Source: Malacoraja senta
Lineage: Eukaryota
Direction of reading: 5' to 3'
Assembly (NCBI GenBank): GCA_038087875.1
Contig: JAXLNO010000470.1
Span: forward strand, 1 to 64,000
Length of the DNA stretch: 64,000 nucleotides
The translations under genes were made by a program, and so were the position numbers. Below, piece after piece: positions 46,798 to 60,240 of the stretch. Below the pieces are notes generated by a model. That model searched no databases and had not been told where the DNA came from. It worked only from the letters and a program-made list of their open reading frames with translations. Every line of letters starts with the position of its first letter. Positions within the stretch are counted from its first letter, which is position 1.

Positions 46798-49700
46798 ATG
46801 CAAGATGTTAATATGACAAGAGGAGGTCAGGGAATAACATTTTGTAGTTGGAATGTCAAAGGAATCAATGAACCAATTAAGAGAGGTAAAGTTTTGGCAC
46901 ATCTAAATTCAATCAAAACAGATATAATATTCCTTCAAGAAACACACCTTAAAAAGGAATCTCAACATAGACTTAAAGCTAAGTGGATCACTGAATCATA
47001 TCATTCCTCTTTTTCCCATAAGTCCAGAGGAGTTGCAATATTAATTCGTAAAGGAATACCTTTTACGAATTCATCAACAATAGCGGATATTGATGGTAGA
47101 TATATTATATAAGTTGGAGAGTTAAATAGAGAAAAAGTGATTCTTCTTAATGTATATGGGCCTAATTTTGATAACCCTATGTTTTTTAATAAAACATTTA
47201 ATAAAATTCCTGAATTTACACAATATAAATTAATAATTGGAGGAGACTTCAATTGTACATTAGATTCATACTTAGATAGATCATCAAGGCAAAAAAAAGT
47301 AAAATCTCAATCAAGTGTATTTTTAAATTCATTTATTAATACCACTAATATTAAGGATGTCTGGAGAATTGAAAATCCAACTGGACGGGAATATTCATTT
47401 TACTCACCAGTACATAAAACATACTCAAGAATAGATTATTTTTTAGTTGACTCTATGTTTATCCCATTTACTTATAACTCAAAATACCATAATATTATAA
47501 TCTCAGATCACGCACCTGTAACATTCATGATTAAATTAAATGGAATGTCCGAGAAACAAACATATTGGAGATTTAACCCACAAATTTTGAACGAAAGATC
47601 ATGCCAGGAATATATTACTAAACAGATTCAAATATTTTTTGAGGTAAATGACAACCCTGACACACCTACTTCTCTTATGTGGGAAACGTTTAAAGCATTT
47701 GTTCGAGGTGCATTAATTTCTGCTCAAGTATTTTATAATAAAGAGAACAGGATTAAGCAACAAACATTGGAAAGTGAAATCAAGCAACTAGATATAGAAA
47801 ATGCGAGAATGCCATCTATTTCAAAACATAATAAAATTGCTGTATTGAAATATAAATTAAACAAAATGTATTCAGAACAAGTAATAAAACTTTATCAAAA
47901 AACCAAACAATTACATTTTGAATTTGGAGACAAACCACAAAAACTATTATCACGTCAGTTACGAAAAATGGAAGGGGAAAAAATAATTCATAAAATTAGA
48001 ACAGAGGCAGGAGAATTATTAAAAATGCCCAAGGATATAAATGAAAGATTTCTCCAATACTATCAGAATCTTTATTCAACTAAAACTGTAGTACAACCAG
48101 AAGGAATAGCAGATTTTTTACTAAAATGTAATTTAAAAGGTTTAGATTCAAACGATAGAGAATTATTAGAAAGGGAGATTACGATAAAGGATATTGAGGA
48201 GTCTATTGGCTCTTTAAAAAATGGTAAAGCAGTAGGACCAGATGGTTTAGGCTCTGAATTTTATTTAAAAATTTATGACTTGCTCTCCCCACATTTACAA
48301 AGGCTGTATGAGCATATCTATACTCAACAGAAACTTCCAGATACTTTAAATGAATCTATAATAACACTTATTCCTAAAGTTGATAAAGATCCGGAAGATC
48401 CGGGATCATATAGAGCAATTGCACTTTTAAATACAGATCAGAAAATATTAACTAAAATACTAGCGCATAGATTAAGTACAGTGATGAATAAATTAATACA
48501 CCCTGACCAAACAGGCTTTATTCAGAAACGGTACATATTATAATCTAAGAAGATTATTTAATATTATTTATTCTAAGAGAATTATTAATGAAGATCTAGC
48601 AATAATCTCACGACGCTGAAAAAGCATTTGATCAGGTTGAATGGTCTTATTTAATTTCGGTGATGGAAAATATGCAGCTAGGGGAGAAATTCTGCACATG
48701 GATAAAACTGTTATATACAAACCCTACGGCTAGAATATTAACAAACCAAAGGTTGTCATCTAAATTCAGCCTATCTAGAGGTTGTAGACAAGGATGCCCG
48801 TTATCTCCATTATTATTTGCGCTTGCTATTGAGCCACTCGCAGAAAGAGTTAGGGGTCATCCGGAAATACATGGGTATATCACAAAGGACACAGTGAATA
48901 AAATTTCTCTATATGCAGATGATGTACTAATTTACATTACAAAACCAGAAATTAGTATTCCAAACTTATTAAAGCTAATTACCCAATTTGATTCACTCTC
49001 AGGATACAGAATAAATTGGAATAAAAGTGAAATTATGCCAATAAGGGAACATAACAAACAGATAATACAACAATTTCCATTTAAAATAGTAAATGAAAAA
49101 TTTAAATACCTAGGTATTTATGTAACTAAGATATATACATCATTATTTAAAGCAAATTTCCCCCATTACTGAACAAACTACATAAGAATATTCAATACTG
49201 GAAAACACTTCCTATCTCAATGGTTGGCAAAATTAATGCCATAAAAATGATTTTTTTACCGCAAATATTATACCCTTTTCAGACAATTCCGATATATTTG
49301 TCAAAAAACTTTTTTTTTAAATTGGATTCCATTGTTAATGATTTTATCTGGGATTATAAGAATCATAGGATAAACAAAAGACATTTGTGTAAATCAAAAA
49401 TAAATGGAGGCTTGGTTTTACCCAACTTTCTGTTTTATTTTTGGGCAGTTAATATTAAAAATATGAATTTCTGGGTGGAAGAAATAGATCAACAACCAGA
49501 TTGGTTAAAAATGGAAAAGGAAGATTGTTTACCTTTTGATATCGGCTCGATATTATTTGCTACGTCTAAATTAAACAAAAAAATTTATAGGGAAAACCCT
49601 ATAATATTTAGTGCTATACGAATTTGGAAACAATTAAAAAAGACATTAAAATTAGATAATTTATCACTTTTTCTTCCAATTGTGAATAACCCTTTGTTTA

Positions 49701-50608
49701 AGCCCTCATGGTTGGACAGGGGTTTTACACAATGGAAGAATTATGGAATTAAAAATATGGGACAACTTTACAAGGAAGGCACTTTTCTGATATTTCAGGA
49801 GTTGCAACAGACTGATGGACTCCGAGGAAATGATTATTTCAGATATCTTCAACTCAGAGATTATGTAAAATCGAATACTCAAAATTTTCGAATTAGAAAT
49901 TCAGAAATTCTTGACGAATGTTGGAATAAACATCTTAATACAGAAAAATTAATATCTTATATATATAATATCTTATTAGACAGTGACATTCCATCGTCGG
50001 ACTTACACAGACAAACATGGGAAAAAGAATTAAATCAAATAATAACGAAAGATACTTGGGAAGAAAGTTTACAACACATACATCAATGTTCATTAAATGC
50101 CAGACATTCTTTAATACAATTTAAAGTAATATATAGGTTACATTATTCAAAAACAAAATTACATAAAATCTTTCAACATATCTCACCTATATGTGATAAA
50201 TGTCAACATTTAGAAGCTACCTTATCTCATATGTTTGCAAACTGTATAAAAATTAAAACATTCTGGGTAAATATTTTTAATATAATATCTAAAGTGACCA
50301 GCACACAATTGGACCCGGATCCAAAATTAATAATACTCGGAACATTAGAATTAAATCAAATATTTACAACAACACAAAGAAACTTTATTGATTATAGTAT
50401 AATAACAGGAAAAAAATTAATTCTAAAATTTTGGAAAGGCCCTATAACCCCCACAATCAAAATGTGGATTATAGAAATGACGGAGACCTTAAACGTGGAA
50501 AGAATCAGATTTTCCCTGTTGGACAAACAGGAATTATTCGTTGGAACATGGTCTCCCTTTATTGATTATTTAAAGGGTCAGAATGGTTCAGCACAGGAAC
50601 CTGACTAA
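46798..50608 (+). pseudogene. L1 ORF2 (endonuclease, RT, C-terminal zinc motif) with a few lesions
   Basis: SWNVKG, FLQETH, GGDFN, SDH; GPDG, YRAIALLN, DAEKAFD, RQGCPLSP, YADD, KYLG; stop at 47110 and frame breaks near 48540, 48610 and 49165. Confidence 0.93.
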
Positions 50609-51619
50609 CACTCGGGCTAAAGAATGAATGAAATGCTATACTCTGAAATGTACGAATATATCTCGAATGAAGTTTTTTATTTTAATAAATTTTTCCATTC
50701 TTCTTTAACTATCTTTCTCTTTTTTTTTTTTTTTCCTTTTTTTTTTTTTTTTTTTTCCTTCTCTCTCTTTTCTTTCTTTACTTCATCTATCTTTTTAGTT
50801 CTATCTAGTTTAAAAAAAAAAAAAAAGGCAAAAGGTATTGGAGACAATGTAATAATAATTGATAATATTATCAATTCAAAAATGTAAGACTGTAATGATG
50901 TTAATAGGTTGTGTACTTATCTCCAATAAAAAATATTTTCAACAAAAAAAAGAATTGATTATTTTCGGAACAATGGAAGCCAGCTTTGAGCTGACTTCGT
51001 TCCAAAAGAGCTTCCTCAATTACGGCTTAATAACGGCAAAAAAACTTATACTTAAACTCTAGAAAAACGCTCCCACACCAACGATAAAAATGTGGATTTC
51101 AAATATGTCCGAAATGTTACACCTGGAAGACATGAGATTCCTCCTAGCAGGCAAATCAGACCATTTCCAAAAGATTTGGTCTCCATTTATCGACTTATTA
51201 CAAGCATAGGGTGCAACATAACTTTGAAAATAAATGGTTTCAGGACCTGGTGAGGGGTGTGTAAAGATACGAAGTAGGTACATCCCTTTTATCTTATTTC
51301 ACTTTCTTATATCTTCTGTTTTCTATTTTTCTCTTTCTTTTCCTTTGGTTTTTCTTTTTTACTCTTACTCGTGTTTTACGTTTCTACGGGTTTCTCCGGA
51401 TCACTCTTTCACTCACTTACTATCTTATCTAACTCTCTCTATTCTTCTTCTTTTTAAAGTTTAAAACAAGAAGTGGTACAGGAAATGTATTATGTTATTT
51501 TTGGCTGATATTGCTTCTAATAAATAATATATTTTAAAAATATAACATTACAAATACACTGAGGGACAGGTGTGCAGATATTCAAGCTGCTATTAGGATT
51601 GTGAACAGTGAGTGGGGTA

Positions 51620-52261
51620 AATCTTTGGATGAGCTCTGCTGCCACTTGCATCCTCTTGACTCCATCGCAACAACAGCATGGAGACCACATCTGGAGTATT
51701 GTGTCCAGTTTTGGTCTCCTAATTTGAGGAAGGACATCCTTGTGATTGAGGCAGTGCAGCGTAGGTTCACGAGATTGATCCCTGGGATGGCGGGACTGTC
51801 ATACGAGGAAAGATTGAAAAGACTAGGCTTGTATTCACTGGAGTTTAGAAGGATGAGGGGGGAATCTTATAGAAACATATAAAATTATAAAAGGACCGGA
51901 CAAGCTAGATGCAGGAAAAATGTTCCCAATGTTGGGCGAGTCCAGAACCAGGGGCCACACAGTCTTAGAATAAAGGGGAGGTCATTTAAGATTGAGGTGA
52001 GAAAAAACATTTTCACCCAGAGAGTTGTGAATTTGTGGAATTCCCTGCCACAGAGGGCAGTGGAGGCCAAGTCACTGGATGGATTTAACAGAGAGTTAGA
52101 TAGAGCTCTAGGGGCTAGTGGAATCAAGGGATATGGTGAGAAGGCAGGCACGGGTTATTGATAGGGGACGATCAGCCATGATCACAATGAATGGCGGTGC
52201 TGGCTTGAAGGGCTGAATGGCCTCCTCCTGCACCTATTTTCTATGTTTCTATGTTTCTATG
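51620..52261 (+). mobile_element. CR1 3' end
   Basis: [13 protein letters not shown]...3' UTR and (TTTCTATG)n. Confidence 0.9.
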
Positions 52262-52299
52262 AGAACCAGCTGGGAATAGATTTCAAGACCTCCGCAATT

Positions 52300-52450
52300 C
52301 ACTGTTGCACCGAACACCACAGCCCCACCTGGCTCGGACCTGCCCCACAAAGAGTGGGTCGCCCTGAACCGGCTCCGTACAGGGGTCGTCCGGTTCAAGG
52401 CCGACATGCATCGCTGGGGGGCTGCGTTCATCAGCAGCCTGCGTGTGTCT
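52300..52450 (+). mobile_element. Vingi/I-group LINE fragment
   Basis: [21 protein letters not shown]...MHRW remnant. Confidence 0.55.
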
Positions 52451-52623
52451 AGTCAAGTCAAGTCACATTTATTTATATAGTGCAGCACACGGGTTTAACG
52501 GACACGTCTGGCAACATCGGTGGTCAGCGCTGAACTAACGCGCGCAAGGGAAAAACCGCGCGAAAACAACAGCCCCTCCCGAGTCACGTGACCGTGGCTT
52601 CCGAACGCCGGGTTCGATATCTG

Positions 52624-52995
52624 CGTGCGCTAGGTGGCGCCGTTTAAATAGCACATTTAAAAAACAACTCTCGTTGGCCAAAGTGCTTTACATTTGTTAT
52701 AAGAATAGTATAAACAAACAAACTACATACATATATGCATATAGCCTTCGCTATGAGGACGCCAAGAAAGGCTTGGGAGTACAGATACGTTTTTAGTCTA
52801 GACTTAAAGGAGTCGATGGAGGGGGCAGTTCTGATGGGAAGGGGGATGCTGTTCCACAGTCTGGGAGCTGCAACCGCAAAGGCCCGGTCGCCCCTGAGCT
52901 TATGCCTAGACCGCGGGATGTTCAGCAACCCCAAGTCGGCCGATCTGAGGGTCCTGGAGGTGGAGTGGTGGGTGAGAAGACTTTTGATGTAGGTG
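52624..52995 (-). mobile_element. L2-clade LINE 3' end
   Basis: Minus strand LRSADLGLL...GDRAFAVAAPRLWNSIP. Confidence 0.88.
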
Positions 52996-53169
52996 GGGAG
53001 CAGAACAGCAACCAGCGCAGCAGCACGTCATTTTCGACTGCGCTGTCCTCCGCCCCCTTGGTGGGGGGGGTGGACCTCACGGCCCTCGACAACTGCACAT
53101 TGAACCGGCTACAGCGCCTGGACCGCTCGCTCGCTTATTTCAACGAGCGAGCGGATTTCCAAGACACCA

Positions 53170-53745
53170 GGCAAAAGATGATAGACAACATTAAAATTAA
53201 CCTTAAAATTAAGAAATCTCTCCAATAGTTAATAATCCGTCGTTTAAACCATCTATTATAGATAAATCATTCACACACTGGGATAGAATAGGAATTAAAA
53301 TGTTTGGAGACATGTATGATAATGGAAATATTTTATCATTCCAACAACTACAACTTAAATACAATCTGAGAAGTAATCAATATTTTAAATATTTTCAAAT
53401 CCGTGACTATTTGAAAAAATATACACAAGAATATCAAAATTTGTCTCCAGACCTATTAGACGAAGCAATGAATATAAAGGCGGACTCAACTAATTTAATA
53501 TCATACTTGTATAATATCATCCTAAATATAGAAATACCATCATCCGATAGAATTAGAAGAGATTGGGAACAAGAACTAGCTATAAAAATCTCGAAAGAGA
53601 GTTGGGATAAACACTTGCTATATGTGCACAAATGCTCGATCAATGTAAGACATATTCTAATCCAATTTAAAACCTTACACAGACTATATTACTCAAAAAC
53701 TAAAATAAGTAAATGTTATCCAAATGTCTCCCCATCTGTGATAAA
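53170..53745 (+). mobile_element. L1 ORF2 internal fragment
   Basis: FKYFQIRDYL...WEQEL...IQFKTLHRLYYS. Confidence 0.85.
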
Positions 53746-53954
53746 TTTTCGACTGCGCTGTCCTCAGCCCCCTTGGTGGAGGGGTGGACCTCACGGCCCT
53801 CGGCAACAGCACATTGAACCGGCTACAGCGCCTGGAGGCCGTTACATAACCTCCGCTGCCTCAAACGCAGGAAGAAGAACATCAGTTCGCTCAGCCCTCG
53901 AAAAGCACAAAGAATCCCCGAGGCAAAGTGTTTGGGAAGGACTGTCCAGCAGGA

Positions 53955-54518
53955 AATCCTGTTCTTCCTGAGGACATTAAAAAAGACTGGTCTGCCCCAA
54001 CAGCTGCTGACAACGTTCTACCGCTGCACCACAGAGAGCATATTAACGTATGGCATCTCCGTGTGGTACCTCAGCTGCACGGAGGCGGAGAGGAGAGCTC
54101 TTCAGCGCGTCGTCCACAGAGCGCAGAGGATCATTGGGACAGAGCTACCAGCCTTGGAGGGTATCTACCACACACGATGCCTCAGGAAGGCCGCCAGCAT
54201 CCATAAGGACTCATCACACCCTTGTAACGGAGTGTTTGAACTACTTCCCTCCGGCAGACGTTACAAGGCCTTCTACGCCCGAACCTCCAGACTCAGAAAC
54301 AGCTTTATTCCAAGAGCTATAGCGGCTCTGAACCGGCCCTGCTGAGTGCCCCCCCACCCACCCCCCCCCCCCCCTGGACAGTCTTACTCGGATGGTCATG
54401 TCACTCAGCTTGCTTATTTATTTATCTTACTTATCTTGTACATCGGTGGAGCTGCATACTAAATCTCGTTGCACAGACGTGCAATGACAATAAAAGATAT
54501 TATTATTATTATTATTAA
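53955..54518 (+). mobile_element. Rex1/Babar-type LINE 3' end
   Basis: LFFLRTLKK...FYRCTTESILT...LLPSGRRY...RLRNSFIP; AATAAA and (TAT)n tail. Confidence 0.88.
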
Positions 54519-54519
54519 A

Positions 54520-55122
54520 TGTCATCCTGCAGTTGTATAGGGCTCTGGTGAGACCACATCTGGAGTATTGTGTACAGTTTTGGTCTCCTAATTTGAGGAA
54601 GGACATCCTTGTGATTGAGGCAGTGCAGCGTAGGTTCACGAGATTGATCCCTGGGATGGCGGGACTGTCATACGAGGAAAGATTGAAAAGATTAGGCTTG
54701 TATTCACTGGAGTTTAGAAGGATGAGGGGGGGATCTTATAGAAACATATAAAATTATAAAAGGACTGGACAAGCTAGATGCAGGAAAAAATGTTCCCAGT
54801 GTTGGGTGAGTCCAGAACCAGGGGCCACAGTCTTAGAATAAAGGGGAGGCCATTTAAGACTGAGGTGAGAAAAAACTTTTTCACCCAGAGAGTTGTGAAT
54901 TTGTGGAATTCCCTGCCACAGAGGGCAGTGGAGGCCAAATCACTGGATGGATTTAAGAGAGAGTTAGATAGAGCTCTAGGGGATAGTGGAGTCAAGGGAT
55001 ATGGGGAGAAGGCAGGCACGGGTTATTGATAGGGGACGATCAGCCATGATCATAATGAATGGCGGTGCTGGCTCGAAGGGCCGAATGTCCTCCTCCTGCA
55101 CCTATTTTCTATGTTTCTATGC
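54520..55122 (+). mobile_element. CR1 3' end
   Basis: Typical ORF2 end and 3' UTR. Confidence 0.9.
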
Positions 55123-55716
55123 AGATAAACAGCTCGACAACTTGCACATGGATCCTCTCACCAAACTTGCCCGCATCAATGTCTAAACAGCCCTTTTACA
55201 ACCAGTGTCCATGCGGGCGAGACCTGCACCAGATCGCCCAGCTGTTGGCAGTCGTGCAGTAAGCAAGGAGAAGATGCAGAAGGAGAAAGCACACCAACGC
55301 CTCTACTTCCTTGGAAGGCTTAGAAAGTTTGCCGTGTCCCCAACAACTCTCCCCAACTTCTACAGATGCGCCGCAGAGCCCAATGTATCGGGGGAATGCG
55401 TCACAGCGCGGTTCGGGGAACGGCTCCTACCCAGGAGGGCGAGGAGGTCCGGAGGGCAACGAGCGCCGCCACTCCACCTGGGGTCCGTAGGGGGGGGCGG
55501 GGCGGCTCTGCTGTCAGCGACCGGGGGACTGGTGACGGGATCTAGGGAGTGGGCAGGGCCGAGGATGCCCTGGTTGGGTTGCTCCGGCCATCCGCGAGTC
55601 ACGGCGCCAGGCGGAAGAGGGCTTTGCCCGAGCCGGATGTTTGCCCCTTTACCGGGGTTACGTCCGCGCCCGGGTGGTGTTAGAGAGGGACATAGTTGTA
55701 TAGTCCTCTCCCGGAC

Positions 55717-56071
55717 TGCAACCGCGACGTGGAGGAGAGGCTTTGTGTACTCCAGTCATCCTGAGAGCTAGGCCCGATGGGGTTTCATATCCCTGGCAGG
55801 TTTGACCAAACTGGACAGGTCTCGGGTGAGGGGGCGGACAAAGCCGTCGCTGGTCCTCCAGGGTGGGGGTCGGGCCTGGGGTTAACCACCCCACCCTGGA
55901 AAAAAGTGTGAGTTACAGAAACATTGACGAACGAAAACCAAATGACACACTTGTCTGTGCACCAGTCTCCCCCCCGTTAAACAAAGTCACGCACAGGCGT
56001 CCTCCATGTAGGAAATAGCACCCTGGAGACACCCATGGTCAGCCACGGCCGAAGGGGGCCTAAGAAGAAGA
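55717..56071 (+). mobile_element. Short RTE-derived non-autonomous element (5' UTR-like part plus short tail)
   Basis: GGAGAGGCTT...CCTGAGAGCTA...GGACAGGTC...GGTTAACCACCCCACCC resembles RTE 5' UTRs; ends in (AAG)n. Confidence 0.5.
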
Positions 56072-56564
56072 TTGTCTATTGTCTATTCACACAGTGCGGC
56101 CAATGTCACCGTCTCCCCAGCAACCAGACTGGCCTTGTGGGAAAAGAGACGCAGTGAGAGCCACCACCACATAAAGATGGCAATCCCAGACAAGGAACAG
56201 CCACATACTACACGTCAGTCCATTGGATTTTGTAGGAGTGGTCTATCTTGCTCCTCTAGTATCTTTGCCTGTGCACGCCATACGCAAGAAGAGAAGTATA
56301 TTTGTAACATGGTTGTTTTGGAATTTAGTGCCTGAGTAATTTGGTGATTTTGTAAAATGGTGGCGGGCACGTCACCACGTTTGGTGTTTTTTGGGGGGGG
56401 GTTTTGTATCGTGATTGTAATCAAATAAATTATTTTTTGATACAAAACAAAAAGACAGCAAGGAATTGCAGGGAGTTGTGGACGCAGCCCAGACCGTCAC
56501 GCACAAACCAACCTCCCTTCCATTGACTCCATCTACACCTCACGCTGCCTCAGTAAGGGTTCGT

Positions 56565-57215
56565 GAAACAATCCCTATGCCAGACGTACTCTGGCCCTAT
56601 CCCCCCCGACTCTACCTCCGCTGCATTGACGACTGCATCGGTGCTACCACCTGCACCCGCGCAGAACTCACGGACTTCATCAACTTCGCCACCAATTTCC
56701 ATCCTGCATTCAATTCACTTGGACCATCTCCGACACCTCCCTCCCCCTTATTGATCTCACCGTCTCCGTCACAGGAGATAAGACTACCGACTGACGTCTA
56801 CTACAAACCCACTGACTCCCACAACTATCTCGACTTGGATCAAAACCCAAGGGTGAGATGTTACTCGGTAAACCGGTCAAACAAGAAGTCATAAGCCAGG
56901 GTGAAAAAATTGACAACGATCTTAATTTTTTATCTGAAGTAAATAAGGTGACAAAGTGTGCTTGCTATCACCACAGAAATATTGCTAAAGTACGGACTTT
57001 CTTAACATGACGGAATAAAACTCATAAATGCTTTCATATTGGCAACACCGTATGATGTATGCACAAGCAAAAATTCTCTCACGCAAGTTTAGTGCGTGTA
57101 CAGATAGAGTGAAGATGTCTGTTCAGAACATATTGTACACCACTCTATACTGCACACCTGTGGTCAAACCACAGAAAAGTAAGCTTACAGTGGCTTAAAA
57201 TAGCTTCTAATGATG
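56565..57215 (+). mobile_element. Duplicate of the Penelope + L2-group composite at 14840-15530
   Basis: Same pieces, same order and same junctions. Confidence 0.85.
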
Positions 57216-57284
57216 CGTGTTACACATATATTTATATATATAAGATATAGAATATATAGAGAGAGATTTACAATCTGCTGAACA

Positions 57285-57530
57285 AGACCTGTTTCTGGCG
57301 TACACTGGCCCTATCCCCCCCCCCCCCCGATTCTACCTCCGCTGCATTGGCCACTGCATCGGTGCTACCTCCTGCACCCATGCAGAACTCACGGACTTCA
57401 CCCCCAATTTCCATCCTGCACTCAAATTCACTTGCACCATCTCCGACACCTCCCTCCCCCTTCTCGATCTCACCGTCTCCATCACAGGAGACAGACTATC
57501 GACTGACTTCTATTACAAACCCACTGACCC
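57285..57530 (+). mobile_element. Penelope-like RT fragment
   Basis: Homologous to 14850-15095. Confidence 0.75.
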
Positions 57531-57533
57531 TCA

Positions 57534-57878
57534 CTTACTGAATAGTGAAAGGCTTGGACAGAGTGGATGCGGAGAGGATGTTTCCACTAGTGGGGGAGTC
57601 TAGGACCAGAGGCCACAGCCTCAGAATAAAAGGACGTTCCTTTAAGGAAGGAGATGAGGATGAATTTCTTTGGACAGAGGGTGGTGAATCTGTGGAACTC
57701 ATTGCCACAGACGGCGGTGGAGGCAAAGCCAATAGATATTTTCACGGCAGAGATAGATAGATTCTTGATTAGTACGGTGTCGGGGGTTATGGGGAGAAGG
57801 CAGGAGAATGGGGTTTGGAGGGGAAGATAGATCGGCCATGATTGAATGACAGAGTAGACTTGATGGGCCGAACGGCCT
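57534..57878 (+). mobile_element. CR1 3' end (second subfamily)
   Basis: KGLDRVDAERMFPLVGESRTRGH plus 3' UTR. Confidence 0.85.
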
Positions 57879-58172
57879 GAAGGGCCTGTCCCACTATGGC
57901 GACCTTATTTGCGAGTTTAGGAGAGTTTGCGCTCGCCACAAGCTCGCAGCATGGTCGACACGTGGTCGTAGGTGGTCACTGGTAAGTCTCCTTCATGGTC
58001 GAGAAGAGTTCCCGCACAGTGGTCTCAGTTAGGTCGAGGAAAATTTTTCATCAACCTAAAAGATTTTCTACAAATTAAATTGATCGGCATGGAGACAATC
58101 GATATTTTGAACTCGTAGGTTTAGTCGAAGTAGGTCGTAGTAGGTCGGCATGTTATCGAAGCTAATCGAAGG

Positions 58173-59624
58173 TGTGCTGGGCTGCATTTTGTTTACATGC
58201 ATTAATGCCCCCTGCTAGAAATTCCGGTACAGCAGCTTTGAGTTACGTTTCCTGTTATACAGGAAGTTATCACGAACTAACAAGTCCAGCTCAGAGAGGG
58301 TACCTCATGGTTTTAGACAGCATGTAATCCATAGCCATCCTTCCCCACAGAGATTGTTAGACACAATGTCTGTAAGTAATTATGTTTGTTAATATCATCT
58401 TTATGTGTTATAAACGTTATTGAGCAGAATTGTTATTATTAACACAGTTAAGAATGTTTCATGTACCCTGGCTGGTTTCTCGCGTAACAGCACTGTATTT
58501 GGTGGTGGCATCATAGTTAATGTTCCTATACTAAAGGCAATACTCTAGGTGCGGTCTCACCACAGTTGGGGGGGCAGTGTTAGCTGTGAGGAGGATGCTA
58601 GGAGGCTGCAAGGTGACTTGGATAGGCTGGGTGAGTGGGCAAATGCATGGCAGATGCAGTATAATGTGGATAAATGTGAGGTTATCCATTTTCGTGGCAA
58701 AAACAGGAAAGTAGACTATTATCTGAATGGTGGCCGATTAGGAAAAGGGGAGATGCAACGAGACCTGGGTGTCATGGTACACCAGTCATTGAAAGTAGGC
58801 ATGCAGGTGCAGCAGGCAGTGAAGAAAGCAAATGGTATGTTAGCATTCATAGCAAAAGGATTTGAGTATAGGAGCAGGGAGGTTCTACTGCAGTTGTACA
58901 GGGCCCTAGTGAGACCGCACCTGGAGTATTGCGTACAGATTTGGTCTCCTAATCTGAGGAAGGACATTCTTGCCATAGAGGGAGTACAGAGAAGGTTCAC
59001 CAGACTGATTCCTGGGATGTCAGGACTTTCATATGAAGAAAGACTGGATTGTACTCGCTAGAATTTAGAAGATTGAGGGGGGATCTTATAGAAACTTCCA
59101 AAATTCTTAAGGGGTTGGACAGGCTAGATGCAGGAAGATTGGTTGGACAGGCTAGATGCAGGAAGAAGGATAAAGGGGAAATCTTTTAGGACTGAGATGA
59201 GAAAATCATTTTTTCACACAGAGAGTGGTGAATCTGTGGAATTCTCTGCCACAGAATGTAGTTGAGGCCAGTTCATTGGCTATATTTAAGAGGGAGTTAG
59301 ATGTGGCCCTTGTGGCTAAAGGGATCAGGGGGGTATGGAGAGAAAGCAGGTACAGGATACTGAGATGGATGATCAGCCATGATCATATTGAATGGCGGTG
59401 CAGGCTCGAAGGGCCGAATGGCCTACTCCTGCACCTATTTTCTATGTTTCTATGTTTCTATAACGTAACTAAACACTATGCCGTTACTTTTTCTGCTTGT
59501 ATGTTACAGTTTCACAGTTGAATACAGTAAAGAATCAAAGACATCTCGTGTCTACAGGTCTTTATTGGATTAATTGTTTAACTTGCTAGATAGCTGGATA
59601 GGGACATCCAGCGAGTCCAGTATA
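58173..59624 (+). mobile_element. Probable solo LTR (about 560 bp) interrupted by CR1
   Basis: TGTGCTGG...CCAGTATA imperfect terminal inverted repeat, GAAGG on both flanks, AGTAAA near the 3' end. Confidence 0.5.
58567..59461 (+). mobile_element. CR1 3' end
   Basis: [20 protein letters not shown] through the 3' UTR; shows the uninterrupted form of the site hit by the provirus. Confidence 0.92.
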
Positions 59625-59831
59625 GAAGGTAATCGAAGGTAGTTGAGATAGTCGTAGATAGTGTTAGTATATCGCGTTTGCTCGTTTCAATGGCTCTTGA
59701 GAAAAAAAAGTTAAGCAAACAGCAGCACGTGATGCGCTGTCATTCCAGCGCGCGGTCATTGCGAGAGTTTTCTGTAAGAGCATCAGACTTGGTTTAGACA
59801 TGGCTCCAAAGAAAAGGCAACCACGCTACTC

Positions 59832-60240
59832 CAAAAACAAAACGAAATAGAATTTTTCCAAATATCTCTCCTATCTGTGATAAATGTCAATGCCTGGAAG
59901 CTAACTTAACTCATACCTTTGTAAACTGCATAAAAATTAAATGGATATTTTAAAAATAATCTATGAAGTTGTTAACATTCAATTGGATCCTGATCCAAAA
60001 CTAATAATATTTGGAATATCAGAACAAAGTATAAAACTCACAATAAATCAAAGACATTTTCTTGATTATAGTATAATAATTGGGAATAAATGAATACTAA
60101 ATTCTTGGAAAAACCGCAACAACCCCCACAATTAAAATGTGGATTACGGAAATGTCTGAGACCTTACACTTGGAATAGGTTAGACCTGTCTTAATTGACA
60201 AATCAGATCTATTTGCTAGAATATGGTCTCCGTTTATTGA
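59832..60240 (+). mobile_element. L1 ORF2 C-terminal fragment
   Basis: ICDKCQCLEANLTH...LDPDPKLIIFG...WSPFID. Confidence 0.85.

Larger units (their letters stand above)
44614..50951 (+). mobile_element. L1 element B (inner), near full length
   Basis: 5' UTR, ORF1, about 1 kb AT-rich spacer, ORF2, 3' UTR, AATAAA and A-tail. Confidence 0.95.
40804..51545 (+). mobile_element. L1 element A (outer): disrupted ORF1 41570-43166, endonuclease 44121-44613, ORF2 C-terminus 50952-51209; RT region missing
   Basis: 5' GACTTCCGG...ATGG; ORF1 coiled coil, LEARSRRQN, FFRDYP, YGVVFPA; SWNIRG, YLQETH, NIYAPN, GGDFN; T-rich 3' UTR with AATAAA. Confidence 0.88.
57881..59810. mobile_element. PIF/Harbinger-like element (one end only), split by nested insertions
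   Basis: Starts TGA|AGGGCCTGTCCCAC, like the TIR at 40832; GTAGGTCG/AATCGAAGG sub-repeats resume at 59625. Confidence 0.5.
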
